The notes beneath the pieces were generated by a model. It was not told the DNA's origin, did no database searches, and worked only from the letters and a program-made list of their open reading frames with translations. From assembly GCA_963825985.1 (NCBI GenBank), contig CAWGVK010000014.1, forward strand, positions 21,334 to 85,333: a stretch of DNA of 64,000 nt, written 5' to 3'. Positions 1 to 12,911 of this stretch are shown here, piece after piece (position 1 is the stretch's first letter; each line of letters begins with the position of its first letter). This stretch comes from an uncultured Actinomycetota bacterium. GTDB taxonomy: Bacteria > Actinomycetota > Actinomycetes > Propionibacteriales > Nocardioidaceae. The translations under genes and the position numbers were made by a program.

Positions 1-156
1 GACGGCGAGCTGATGAAGGGCGTGCGCTACTCCGCCGGCGGCGTCACCACCCACTCGCTGGTGATGCGCTCGCGCAGCGGCACCATCCGCTCGATCACCT
101 CCGAGCACCGCCTCGAGAAGCTGCGCCCCTTCTCGGCCATCGACTTCGACAGCTGA
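1..156 (+). CDS. glpX: Class II fructose-1,6-bisphosphatase, 3' end only
   Basis: Frame 1 reads [10 protein letters not shown]...[26 protein letters not shown], the GlpX C-terminus; TGA at 154-156. Confidence 0.85.
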   Translation, partial: DGELMKGVRYSAGGVTTHSLVMRSRSGTIRSITSEHRLEKLRPFSAIDFDS

Positions 157-193
157 CCAGGGTCATCGCCGGGCGGCGTCAGCCACACGCGAG

Positions 194-1021
194 TCAGGCG
201 ATCTGCAGGCCGACCTGCATGCCGTCGATCTGACGACGCAGCGCGGCGGCCACCTCGTCGATGACGACGGGGTCGACGGCCATGCCGACGTGGGAGGCGG
301 TGACCTCGACCGCGACGGCGGCGGGGTCGACGCAGGCGCGCCAGTCGACGATGCCGTCGCGCCGCGAGTAGACGGCGGTGAAGTCGACACCGTCGGGCAT
401 CGGTTCGCGGCTCTCGTCCCAGCTCTGGCGGGCGCAGGTGCCGGCCACGCACTCCTGCGACATCAGCCCCGGGACGCCGGCGCTGCTGAGCCGCACGAGC
501 AGGTCGACCCCCCACGACAGGGCCACGTGGTGGGCGGCGGGGGCGAGCATCGGGCTGCCCAGGGTGACGATGCCGGAGACCAGGTCGGGACGGCGGACGG
601 CGACGCCTCGGGCGATCATGCCGCCCAGGCTGTGCCCCACGACCTGCACGCGGGTGCCTCGCCGCAGCGCGATCGCCTCGAGGCGCGTCTCGAGCTGGGC
701 GGCCGCGTTGAGGGTGCAGCCGACGTTGGCGTGGATGTGGGAGCGGTAGGTGCGAAAGCCGCGCCGGCGCAGGGTGCGGGCCATCAACGAGAGCGTGCCG
801 TCGCCGGCCATGAAGCCCGGCACCAGGATGACCGGCTCGGTGGCCCGGTCCATCGAGCGCCCCGTGTACGGGCGGCTCCGCCGCAGCCGGCCCTCCTCGG
901 CCGCGCGGGCGGCGTACCGGCCGATCTCGCCCACGACCCTCCGCTCGCGCAGAACCGCAGCCAGGGCAGGGCGTTCGAACCCCTCGGGGAGCAGGAACGG
1001 CGCCAGCGGACTGTCACTCAC
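194..1021 (-). CDS. Alpha/beta hydrolase (lipase/esterase family)
   Basis: PVILVPGF and GHSLGG nucleophile motif, C-terminal SHVGM; start moved to GTG 1021, which follows a TAACGT -10 box. Confidence 0.8.
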   Translation of the reverse strand: MSDSPLAPFLLPEGFERPALAAVLRERRVVGEIGRYAARAAEEGRLRRSRPYTGRSMDRATEPVILVPGFMAGDGTLSLMARTLRRRGFRTYRSHIHANVGCTLNAAAQLETRLEAIALRRGTRVQVVGHSLGGMIARGVAVRRPDLVSGIVTLGSPMLAPAAHHVALSWGVDLLVRLSSAGVPGLMSQECVAGTCARQSWDESREPMPDGVDFTAVYSRRDGIVDWRACVDPAAVAVEVTASHVGMAVDPVVIDEVAAALRRQIDGMQVGLQIA

Positions 1022-1083
1022 CCCACCGACGTTACGGGCAGGTAACACGAGACCGCGGTAGATCCGGCCGGAATCCCCCATGT

Positions 1084-2004
1084 TTGGATGGTGCGGTGCC
1101 GACTCCCGATCTGGTCTCCGACGAGCTGTTCGCACCGGTCTCGGCCGACATCGAGCTGTGCTACCAAACCTTCGGCGACCCCGACGACGAGCCGCTGCTG
1201 CTCGTGATGGGCCTCGGCGGGCCGATGACGTGGTGGGACCCCGCGCTGTGCGAGATGCTCGCGCGCGCCGGCTTCTACGTCGTCCGCTTCGACAACCGCG
1301 ACTCGGGCCGCTCGAGCCGGGGCCGCGGTCGGGTGACCAGGTCGCTGCTGGTGCGTGCGTTCGCGGGACTGCCGGTGCGGGCGCCGTACTCGCTCGACGA
1401 CCTGGCCGGCGACGCCTTCGGCCTGCTCGACCACCTCGGACTCGGGTCGGCCCACGTCGCCGGGGTGTCGATGGGCGGGATGATCGCGCAGACCATGGCC
1501 CTGGCGCAGCCGCGGCGGGTGCGGTCGCTGGCCAGCATCATGTCGACCACCGGACGCCGCACCGTGGGCTGGCAGCACCCGGTGATGTTCCGCAACCTGC
1601 TCGGCAACAGCAGCGGCCGCGACGGCTACATCCGCTCCAGCGTGGTGACCTGGCGGATCATCGGCTCTCCTGCCTACCCGCAGACGCGGGAGGCGACCGA
1701 GAAGCGGGCCGGCGAGACCTACGACCGCGGGGTCAGCTTCGCCGGCCTGACCCGGCAGATGGCCGCGATCGTCACCCAGCCCGACCGCACGCCCCGGCTG
1801 CGCGGGCTGCCGGTGCCGACCGTCGTGGTGCACGGCCTGGCCGACAAGATGGTGCACGTCTCCGGCGGCCGCGCCACCGCGGCCGCCGTCCCCGGCGCCG
1901 ACCTGCTGCTCATCGACGGCATGGGCCACGACCTGCCGGTCGCCCTCTTCGAGACGTTCACCCAGGCCATCCGCCGCAACGCCGACCGCGCGAAATCACG
2001 CTGA
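1084..2004 (+). CDS. Alpha/beta hydrolase
   Basis: RFDNRDSGRS, GVSMGG nucleophile elbow, HGLAD, GMGHD. Confidence 0.85.
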   Translation: MDGAVPTPDLVSDELFAPVSADIELCYQTFGDPDDEPLLLVMGLGGPMTWWDPALCEMLARAGFYVVRFDNRDSGRSSRGRGRVTRSLLVRAFAGLPVRAPYSLDDLAGDAFGLLDHLGLGSAHVAGVSMGGMIAQTMALAQPRRVRSLASIMSTTGRRTVGWQHPVMFRNLLGNSSGRDGYIRSSVVTWRIIGSPAYPQTREATEKRAGETYDRGVSFAGLTRQMAAIVTQPDRTPRLRGLPVPTVVVHGLADKMVHVSGGRATAAAVPGADLLLIDGMGHDLPVALFETFTQAIRRNADRAKSR

Positions 2005-2034
2005 CCCGTCCCCCATCAGGGACGGGTCAGCGTG
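1997..2034. terminator. Hairpin between convergent genes (probably bidirectional terminator)
   Basis: CACGCTGACCCGTCCC / GGGACGGGTCAGCGTG, 16-bp perfect inverted repeat. Confidence 0.7.
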
Positions 2035-2044
2035 CAGACGGGGT

Positions 2045-3127
2045 CTACTCCGAGAGGCGCTCGCCGCTGTCGGTGTCGAAGACGTGCACCTTGGCAGGGT
2101 CGGTGGTGACGTAGACCGTGTCGCCCTTGCTGACGGCGCCTCGGTCGCTGATCCGCACGATGATGTTGGACGGCGTGCCCTCGACCCCGGAGGTGCCGTA
2201 GATGAAGCTGTCGGCGCCGAGCTCCTCGACGACGGTCACCCGGACCGGGAGCCCGCCGTCCTCGGCCGAGACCAGCCGCCACGCCTCGGGTCGGACGCCG
2301 ACCGTGATCCGGCCCTGCATCTTCTTGGACGCCGTCGGGTCGACCGGCACCTGGTAGTCGCCGATCTGCGCGCGGCCGTCGACGGCGGTGGCCTCCATCA
2401 GGTTCATCTGAGGAGAGCCGATGAAGCCGGCCACGAACAGGTTGACCGGCTTGTCGTAGAGCTTGAGCGGGGTGTCGACCTGCTGGAGGTAGCCGTCCTT
2501 CATCACCGCGACCCGGTCGCCCATCGTCATCGCCTCGACCTGGTCGTGGGTGACGTAGACGGTGGTGACCCCCAGGTCGGCCTGCAGCTTGGCGATGTCG
2601 GTGCGGGTCTGCACGCGCATCTTCGCGTCGAGGTTCGACAACGGCTCGTCCATGCAGAAGACCTGCGGGCTGCGCACGATGGCGCGACCCATCGCGACCC
2701 GCTGGCGCTGACCGCCGGAGAGCGCCTTGGGCTTGCGCTCGAGGTAGTCCTCGAGCCCCAGGATCTTGGCGGCCTCGGCGACGCGCTGCTTGCGCTCCGC
2801 CTCGGGCACCTTGGCCATCTTCAGGGCGAACGCCATGTTGTCGGCGACCGACATGTGGGGGTAGAGCGCGTAGTTCTGGAACACCATCGCGATGTCGCGG
2901 TCCTTGGGCGGCAAGGTGGTGATCTCGCGATCGCCGATGTAGATCTTGCCCTCGTTGACCTCTTCGAGCCCGGCGAGCATGCGCAGGGTCGTGGACTTGC
3001 CGCACCCGGACGGGCCGACGAGAACCATGAACTCCCCGTCGCCGATCTCCAGGCTGATGCCGGGTACGGCGGGCTTGTCTGCCCCCGGATACCAGCGCTG
3101 GGCCTCTTCGAACGTCACTGTGGCCAT
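2045..3127 (-). CDS. msiK: Multiple-sugar ABC transporter ATPase (MsiK/UgpC family)
   Basis: MATVTFEEA N-terminus, GPSGCGKST, LSGGQRQ, MDEPLSNLDAK; msiK RNA motif directly upstream. Confidence 0.9.
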   Translation of the reverse strand: MATVTFEEAQRWYPGADKPAVPGISLEIGDGEFMVLVGPSGCGKSTTLRMLAGLEEVNEGKIYIGDREITTLPPKDRDIAMVFQNYALYPHMSVADNMAFALKMAKVPEAERKQRVAEAAKILGLEDYLERKPKALSGGQRQRVAMGRAIVRSPQVFCMDEPLSNLDAKMRVQTRTDIAKLQADLGVTTVYVTHDQVEAMTMGDRVAVMKDGYLQQVDTPLKLYDKPVNLFVAGFIGSPQMNLMEATAVDGRAQIGDYQVPVDPTASKKMQGRITVGVRPEAWRLVSAEDGGLPVRVTVVEELGADSFIYGTSGVEGTPSNIIVRISDRGAVSKGDTVYVTTDPAKVHVFDTDSGERLSE

Positions 3128-3133
3128 GGCCTT

Positions 3134-3178
3134 TGACTCCCTTCACCGGCAGGTACGTGCCGGACGATCCGTAGTGAA
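3134..3178 (-). promoter_or_regulatory. msiK RNA motif (cis-regulatory leader)
   Basis: Minus strand reads CUACGGAUCGUCCGGCACGUACCUGCCGGUGAAGGGAG just before the msiK ATG; matches the actinobacterial msiK motif as I recall it. Confidence 0.8.
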
Positions 3179-3298
3179 GTGACCTGGGTCACTCTCGCAC
3201 GGTGACCACGTGACGCCAAGCCGGTGTCTGCCAGGTGAACGAGCGGACGCCGCCTCGCCCATGGGGACACTGGACAAACCCAGGGGTAGGGGCCAAGT

Positions 3299-3314
3299 TG
3301 TGTGGATCACCACA
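3299..3314. promoter_or_regulatory. Possible CRP/GlxR-like site
   Basis: TGTGT-GGATCA-CCACA versus consensus TGTGA-N6-TCACA (8/10), between divergent sugar ABC genes. Confidence 0.35.
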
Positions 3315-3349
3315 TCGGCCACACCGGGCACATCGGGAGGAAACGACAC

Positions 3350-4699
3350 ATGGAGAAGCGTCCGCCACCATCGTCGCGAACCGGGACCGGACGCGTCCGC
3401 CGCCGGCGCGGCCTGGCGATGGCCGGCACCGCCGTGCTGGCAGCCGGCCTGCTCTCGGCCTGCGGCAGCGAGGGCAAGCCGGTCCTCAACTGGTACATCA
3501 ACCCCGACGGCCAGGTGACGCTCCAGGCGCTCGCCGAGCGGTGCAGCACCGAGCAGTACGACATCGAGATCCAGCTCCTGCCGTCGAGCGCCACCGACCA
3601 GCGAACCCAGCTGGCTCGTCGACTCGCCGCCGAGGACTCCACGACCGACCTGATGAGTCTCGACCCCGTCTTCGTCCCCGAGTTCGCCAACGCCAACTGG
3701 CTCGCCGAGTTCGAGGGCGAGGAGGGCGCGGCGCTGGTCGACGACGACGTCCTGGCCGGGTCGGCCGAGACCGTCAAGTGGGACGACGGCGTGTTCGCGG
3801 CTCCGCAGTGGGCCAACACCCAGGTGCTCTGGTACCGCAAGTCGCTGGCCGACGCCGCGGGCCTCGACATGAGCCAGCCCGTCACCTGGGACCAGGTGAT
3901 CGACGCGGCCGACTCACAAGGCGGCACGGTGGGCGTGCAGGCCAACAAGTACGAGGCCTACGTCGTGTGGATCAACTCCCTCATCCAGGGCGCCGGCGGC
4001 AACATCCTCGACCCCGACACCGTCGAGGACGGACGCGACGCCGACGTCACCATCGACTCCGACGCCGGCAAGGCGGCGGCCGCCGTGATCCAGAAGCTCG
4101 CCGACTCGAACGCGGCCCAGCCCGACTTCACCACGTCCAACGAGGGCACCAGCCTCGGACAGATGTACCCGGCCGAGGGTCCCGGGGAGTTCATGACGAA
4201 CTGGACGTTCGTCTACAAGAACTACCTCGACCTGATGGGAGCTCCGGGCGGGCCCGCCGACGAGGCGCAGCTCGACGACCTCGGCTTCGCGCGCTACCCG
4301 GCAACCGTGGAGGGCGAGGAGTCGAAGCCGCCGATCGGCGGGATCGACATCGGTGTCGGCGCGTACTCCGAGAACGTCGACTGGGCCAAGGAGGCCGCGC
4401 TGTGCGTGACCGACCCGGAGGCCCAGCGCGACCTGGCCGCCAACGAGGGCCTGATGCCCTCACGGTCCTCGGTCTACGACGAGCCCGCTCTTTCCGAGGT
4501 CTACCCCCAGGAGCTCCTCGACCTGTGGCGCGACAGCATCGACTCCGGCGGGCCCCGGCCCAAGAGCGCCTACTACAGCCAGATCTCTGGTGCCGTGCAG
4601 TCGCGCTGGCACTCTCCGGCGTCGGTCAACCCCGACAGCACGCCGAAGGAATCAGCTGACTTCCTCAAGGACGTCCTGAGCGGAAAGGCGCTGCTGTGA
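3350..4699 (+). CDS. Sugar ABC transporter substrate-binding lipoprotein (LpqY/trehalose-like)
   Basis: GGGAGG RBS then ATG 3350; Arg-rich signal with lipobox LSAC; RRLAAEDS..DLMSLD and LWYRKSL motifs. Confidence 0.85.
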   Translation: MEKRPPPSSRTGTGRVRRRRGLAMAGTAVLAAGLLSACGSEGKPVLNWYINPDGQVTLQALAERCSTEQYDIEIQLLPSSATDQRTQLARRLAAEDSTTDLMSLDPVFVPEFANANWLAEFEGEEGAALVDDDVLAGSAETVKWDDGVFAAPQWANTQVLWYRKSLADAAGLDMSQPVTWDQVIDAADSQGGTVGVQANKYEAYVVWINSLIQGAGGNILDPDTVEDGRDADVTIDSDAGKAAAAVIQKLADSNAAQPDFTTSNEGTSLGQMYPAEGPGEFMTNWTFVYKNYLDLMGAPGGPADEAQLDDLGFARYPATVEGEESKPPIGGIDIGVGAYSENVDWAKEAALCVTDPEAQRDLAANEGLMPSRSSVYDEPALSEVYPQELLDLWRDSIDSGGPRPKSAYYSQISGAVQSRWHSPASVNPDSTPKESADFLKDVLSGKALL

Positions 4700-5634
4700 G
4701 CGCGACGACGAAGGAACGGCCGTCGCGGAAGGCCGAGAAGGCCGTGGCTTCCGACCGGGCCGTGGCCGAGAACAACCTGGGGCGCAAGCTGGTGGCACCC
4801 GCCCTCGCGGTGATGCTGCTGGTCACGGCGTTCCCGATGCTCCGGGCGCTGTACCTGTCGCTCTTCGACTACAGCCTGACCGCCCCCGACGACCGCGAGT
4901 TCGTGGGCCTGTCGAACTACTGGACGGCGCTCTCCGACTCACTGCTGTGGCGAGACACCGCCAACACGGTGATGATCATGATCGTCACGGTGGCCATCGA
5001 GCTGGTGATCGGCTTCGCCTTCGCGATGGTGATGCACCGGGTGATCTTCGCCCGAGGAGTGATCCGGACGTCGATCCTGATCCCCTACGGCATCATCACG
5101 GTGGTCTCGGGCTTCGCCTGGCAGTTCGCGTTCAGCAACACCAACGGCTTCGTCAACGGCTGGATCCCGGGCCTCGACGACACCTTCAACTGGTTCGCGG
5201 AGTACAACTCCTCGATCATCGCGATCATGGCTTCCGAGATCTGGAAGACCACGCCGTTCATGTCCCTGCTGCTCCTGGCCGGCCTGGCCCAGGTCTCCGA
5301 GGACATGCTGGAGGCCGCCAAGGTCGACGGCGCCACCTGGTGGCAACGGCTGTACAAGGTGATCCTGCCCAACATGCGGGCCGCGATCATGGTCGCCGTG
5401 CTCTTCCGAGCCCTCGACGCCTACCGCATCTTCGACAACATCTTCGTCATGACGGCGGGCGCCAACGCCACTGAGTCGGTCTCGTTCCTGACCTACCGGC
5501 AGACGGTCGAGCAGTTCCAGCTCGGCATCGGCTCGGCCCTCTCGGTGCTGCTGTTCCTGTCGGTGCTCGTCGTCGCCTACATCATCGTCAAGCTGTTCAA
5601 GGTCGACCTGGCCGACGCACGGCAGGAGGGCTGA
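4696..5634 (+). CDS. Sugar ABC transporter permease (SugA-like)
   Basis: Multiple TM segments, WKTTPFMSLLLLAGL, EAAKVDGA motif. Confidence 0.9.
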   Translation: MSATTKERPSRKAEKAVASDRAVAENNLGRKLVAPALAVMLLVTAFPMLRALYLSLFDYSLTAPDDREFVGLSNYWTALSDSLLWRDTANTVMIMIVTVAIELVIGFAFAMVMHRVIFARGVIRTSILIPYGIITVVSGFAWQFAFSNTNGFVNGWIPGLDDTFNWFAEYNSSIIAIMASEIWKTTPFMSLLLLAGLAQVSEDMLEAAKVDGATWWQRLYKVILPNMRAAIMVAVLFRALDAYRIFDNIFVMTAGANATESVSFLTYRQTVEQFQLGIGSALSVLLFLSVLVVAYIIVKLFKVDLADARQEG

Positions 5635-5636
5635 GC

Positions 5637-6473
5637 ATGATCAAGAACCGCATCGGCATGATCGTCGGCTGTGCCCTCATCCTCATCTGGTGCCTCCTCC
5701 CGGTGGCCTGGATCATCTCCCTGTCGTTCAAGACCCAGGAGTCCATCACCGTCGGCAACCCGGGATTCCTTCCGGGCGACGGAACGAGCGCCGGGTGGCA
5801 GAACTACAAGGACGTCCTCGACAACGAGCAGTTCCGTCGGGCGATCTTCAACTCGATCGGCATCTCGCTGATCGCGACGCTGCTGTCGGTGATCCTCGCG
5901 ACGCTGGCGGCCTACGCCATCGCCCGCCTCGAGTTCCGGGGCAAGAAGCTCGTGCTCACCACGGCCCTGGCCATCGCCATGTTCCCGGTGGTCTCGCTCG
6001 TGAGCCCGCTCTTCGACATGTGGCGCACGTTCGGCATCTACGACACCTGGATCGGCCTGATCCTCCCGTACATGTCGTTCACCCTGCCGCTGGCGATCTG
6101 GACGCTCTCGGCCTTCTTCCGGGAGATCCCGTGGGAGATGGAGCAGGCGGCGCAGGTCGACGGCGCCACGTCGTGGCAGGCCTTCCGCAAGGTGATCGTC
6201 CCGCTGGCCGCTCCCGGGGTCTTCACCGCGGCCATCCTGACGTTCTTCTTCGCCTGGAACGACTTCGTCTTCGGCATCTCCCTGACCTCGACGGAGAGCG
6301 CCAGACCGATACCAGCGGCCCTGTCGTTCTTCGTGGGCGCCGACCCGTTCAACCGGCCGGCGTCGCTGCTGGCCGCGGGCGCCGTGGTCGCCACGGTCCC
6401 GATCATCGTCATCGTCCTGCTGTTCCAGCGCAAGATCGTCGCCGGCCTCACCTCCGGCGCAGTGAAGGGTTGA
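5637..6473 (+). CDS. Sugar ABC transporter permease (SugB-like)
   Basis: EQAAQVDGA motif, AWNDF, QRKIVAGLTSGAVKG C-terminus. Confidence 0.9.
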   Translation: MIKNRIGMIVGCALILIWCLLPVAWIISLSFKTQESITVGNPGFLPGDGTSAGWQNYKDVLDNEQFRRAIFNSIGISLIATLLSVILATLAAYAIARLEFRGKKLVLTTALAIAMFPVVSLVSPLFDMWRTFGIYDTWIGLILPYMSFTLPLAIWTLSAFFREIPWEMEQAAQVDGATSWQAFRKVIVPLAAPGVFTAAILTFFFAWNDFVFGISLTSTESARPIPAALSFFVGADPFNRPASLLAAGAVVATVPIIVIVLLFQRKIVAGLTSGAVKG

Positions 6474-6477
6474 TCCA

Positions 6478-7680
6478 ATGGCTGCCATCGACATGAAGAA
6501 CATCGTCAAGAAGTACGGCGACGGCTTTCCCGCCGTGAACGACGTCAGCATCGACGTCAAGGACGGCGAGTTCATGATCCTCGTCGGGCCCTCGGGGTGC
6601 GGCAAGTCCACCCTGCTGCGGATGATCGTGGGTCTCGAGGACATCACCGACGGCGACATGACCATCGGCGACAAGCGGGTCAACGACCTCGCTCCTCGCG
6701 ATCGCAACCTGGCCATGGTGTTCCAGAACTACGCGCTCTACCCGCACCTGACCGTCTACGAGAACATCGCCTTCCCGCTGCGGCTGGCCAAGGCCGACAA
6801 CGCCGAGGTCGACAAGAAGGTGCGCGCGGCGTCCAAGACGCTCGAGCTCGACGAGCACCTCGAGCGCAAGCCCGGCAACCTGTCGGGCGGTCAGCGCCAG
6901 CGCGTGGCGATGGGCCGGGCGATCGTGCGCGAGGCCGACGCGTTCCTCTTCGACGAGCCGCTGTCGAACCTCGACGCCAAGCTGCGCGGCCAGATGCGCA
7001 GCGAGATCGCCCGGCTGCAGAAGCGGCTCGGCATCACCACGGTCTACGTCACCCACGACCAGACCGAGGCGATGACGCTCGGCGACCGGGTCGCCGTCCT
7101 CAAGCGCGGCATCCTCCAGCAGCTCGCGACACCGCGCGAGCTCTACGAGAACCCCGGCAACCTGTTCGTGGCCGGCTTCATCGGCTCGCCCCCGATGAAC
7201 TTCCTGCCGGCCACGGTCGAGGGGACGTCGGTCAAGCTGCCGTTCGGCTCGGTGGAGATCTCGGCCGAGAAGGCCGCCAAGGCCGAGGGGCGTGGGCTCC
7301 TGATCGCCGGCATCCGACCCGGTGACTTCGAGGACGCGTCGGTGGTCGACGCCGACCGCACGGGCTCGACCTTCCACACCAAGGTCGACGTCGTCGAGTG
7401 GCTCGGCAACGAGGCCTACGCCTACATCCCGTTCGAGGCACCGCCCGAGGTGCAGGCCCAGCTCGAGCAGCTCGAGCGTGACCTCGACGGCGAGTCGCTG
7501 CGCACGCAGCTCGTGGTCTCCCTCGACGGGTCGAGCCGGGTGGCCGCGGGCGACGACGCGGAGATCTGGGTCAACACCTCGAAGATCCACCTCTTCGACC
7601 CCGGCACCGGCGAGAACCTCACCGTCGACCGCGAGCGCGCCGGGCGCCTCGAGGAGCGCGCGCTCACCACGGCCGGCTAG
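6478..7680 (+). CDS. Sugar ABC transporter ATPase (SugC-like)
   Basis: GPSGCGKST, LSGGQRQ, FDEPLSNLDAK. Confidence 0.9.
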   Translation: MAAIDMKNIVKKYGDGFPAVNDVSIDVKDGEFMILVGPSGCGKSTLLRMIVGLEDITDGDMTIGDKRVNDLAPRDRNLAMVFQNYALYPHLTVYENIAFPLRLAKADNAEVDKKVRAASKTLELDEHLERKPGNLSGGQRQRVAMGRAIVREADAFLFDEPLSNLDAKLRGQMRSEIARLQKRLGITTVYVTHDQTEAMTLGDRVAVLKRGILQQLATPRELYENPGNLFVAGFIGSPPMNFLPATVEGTSVKLPFGSVEISAEKAAKAEGRGLLIAGIRPGDFEDASVVDADRTGSTFHTKVDVVEWLGNEAYAYIPFEAPPEVQAQLEQLERDLDGESLRTQLVVSLDGSSRVAAGDDAEIWVNTSKIHLFDPGTGENLTVDRERAGRLEERALTTAG

Positions 7681-7692
7681 GACCGAACGCGA

Positions 7693-7724
7693 GGCGGGTC
7701 CAGGGTGCGCACCCTGGGCCCGTC
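7693..7724. terminator. Hairpin between convergent genes
   Basis: GGCGGGTCCAGGGTG / CACCCTGGGCCCGTC stem (with G-U pairs) after the ABC operon. Confidence 0.6.
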
Positions 7725-7731
7725 CTGCGTC

Positions 7732-8072
7732 TCAGTGGAGGCGGTGCGGCGACGTGTGGCCGCGGCCGGGGCCGTCCTTGCGCTGCACCGAGAGGTCATG
7801 TGTTCGGGCACGGTCCAGTCGCCGCGTCCCCCGCCGGCTGCCCGACGGCCGGGACGACGAGCGCTCGACGCGGGCCGGGGTCGTGGACGACGGCAGGTCG
7901 ATCGTGATCGGCACCAGGTCGGCGTAGGTCCGGGCGGCGTACGTCGCCTCCAGGCGCTCGTCGAGCTCCTCCAGGTCGATCCGACCCTCGCCGGCCGCCG
8001 TCCGCAGCTCCTCGGCCACCCGGTGCCGGTCGTCGTCGGAGAGCCGGATCAGGTTCGGGTCGGCTCGTCCAT
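7732..8072 (-). pseudogene. Short or degenerate DUF1707 (SHOCT-like) paralog
   Basis: ATG at 8072 overlaps the upstream stop; -1 shift after MDE, then RLSDDDRHRVAEELRTAAGEGRIDLEELDERLE; C-terminal domain largely missing. Confidence 0.6.
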
Positions 8073-8713
8073 CAGTGGCCCAGCCAGCGCCGCAGGCTCT
8101 TGGCCTCTCCCGGCATCGGCTTGCGGGTGACGGTGACGCCGGCCATCAGCGCGACCCCCTTGACCCGCACCACCGGCGACGCGTCGTCCAGCTCGGGCTC
8201 GACCTTGTCGCGGCCCTGGTCGAAGGCACCCATGACGCCGATCCCCTCGAGCACGACCTTGGTGTGGGCGTTGACGTAGATGTCGATGCCCCCCATCACG
8301 GCGTTGGCGGTGATCACGACCTCCGGGGCGGCGAAGACGGCCTCGCGCAGGTCGAGGTCGATGCCGCCCATCAGCGTGAACGCCGTGTGGGTCGGGCCCA
8401 CCTCCCAGACGCCCTTGCGGTCCTGGCCGCCCATGATCGCGATGCTGCTGTCGTACCGGCTGGCCGTGCCGACCGCCGGCGTCGCGTCCTTGCGGAGCGC
8501 CGGCGGAGTGGCCGACGGGTGCTCGAGCTGGTTGCCGGGCAGGTCGACGACGATCGGCACCAGGTCGCCGTAGACCTTCGCGGAGTACGTCGCCTCGAGC
8601 CGCTCGTCGAGCTCCTCGAGGTCGAGGCGGCCCTCGCCGGCGGCGTCACGCAACACCTCGGCCACCCGGTGGCGGTCGTCGTCGGAGATGCGCAGCTCGG
8701 AAGGATCGGTCAC
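8072..8713 (-). CDS. DUF1707 domain protein with C-terminal LiaF/DUF2154-like domain
   Basis: LRISDDDRHRVAEVLRDAAGEGRLDLEELDERLE; MGGIDLDLREA, VMGGIDI repeats; TAGGCT -10 box 6 nt before GTG. Confidence 0.85.
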   Translation of the reverse strand: MTDPSELRISDDDRHRVAEVLRDAAGEGRLDLEELDERLEATYSAKVYGDLVPIVVDLPGNQLEHPSATPPALRKDATPAVGTASRYDSSIAIMGGQDRKGVWEVGPTHTAFTLMGGIDLDLREAVFAAPEVVITANAVMGGIDIYVNAHTKVVLEGIGVMGAFDQGRDKVEPELDDASPVVRVKGVALMAGVTVTRKPMPGEAKSLRRWLGH

Positions 8714-8736
8714 CCGTCCAGCCTAGGGCGTGTCTC

Positions 8737-8865
8737 TCATTTCGCGGCAGGCCGCCAGCGCCGGTGGCGGGTGCGCGGCTCGCCCTCGCGGATGAGCTGC
8801 AACCGCGGCCGGGGCCCGTCGCTGCGTCCGGTCTGAGGACGCCGGCGCCCGGCCTGCAGGTCCAT
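8737..8865 (-). CDS. Candidate 42-aa Arg-rich small protein (leaderless)
   Basis: TACGTT-6nt-ATG; MDLQAGRRRPQTGRSDGPRPRLQLIREGEPRTRHRRWRPAAK fills the thiC-DUF1707 gap. Confidence 0.35.
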   Translation of the reverse strand: MDLQAGRRRPQTGRSDGPRPRLQLIREGEPRTRHRRWRPAAK

Positions 8866-8923
8866 CCACTCAACGTATGGTTCGTCCGCAACGACCGTCA
8901 GGACAACGACATATACGTCGTCC

Positions 8924-12719
<3,796 letters not shown>

Positions 12720-12723
<4 letters not shown>

Positions 12724-12911
12724 CCGCCTTGCACCGCCGTCACGATGTCGACCGCGTCGCCGTCGGCGAGTGGCGTGGTGGCGTGCCGGTCGCGCGGCAC
12801 CACGGCGCCGTTGACGGCGACGGCCCGGCCGCCGGCGGGACCGCCGAGGAGGTCCGCGACCGAGTGCGGTGCCGCGAGCGTCGTCGGCGAGCCGTTGAGG
12901 GTGATCATCAT
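12720..12911 (-). CDS. thiS: Sulfur carrier protein
   Basis: 63 aa, AVAVNGAVVPR, C-terminal VTAVQGG. Confidence 0.95.

Noticed and set aside
8723-8740. CTAGGGCGTGTCT resembling an IS5-family/MITE terminal repeat
   Set aside because: No matching second end or transposase found; the sequence overlaps the TAGGCT -10 box of the DUF1707 gene
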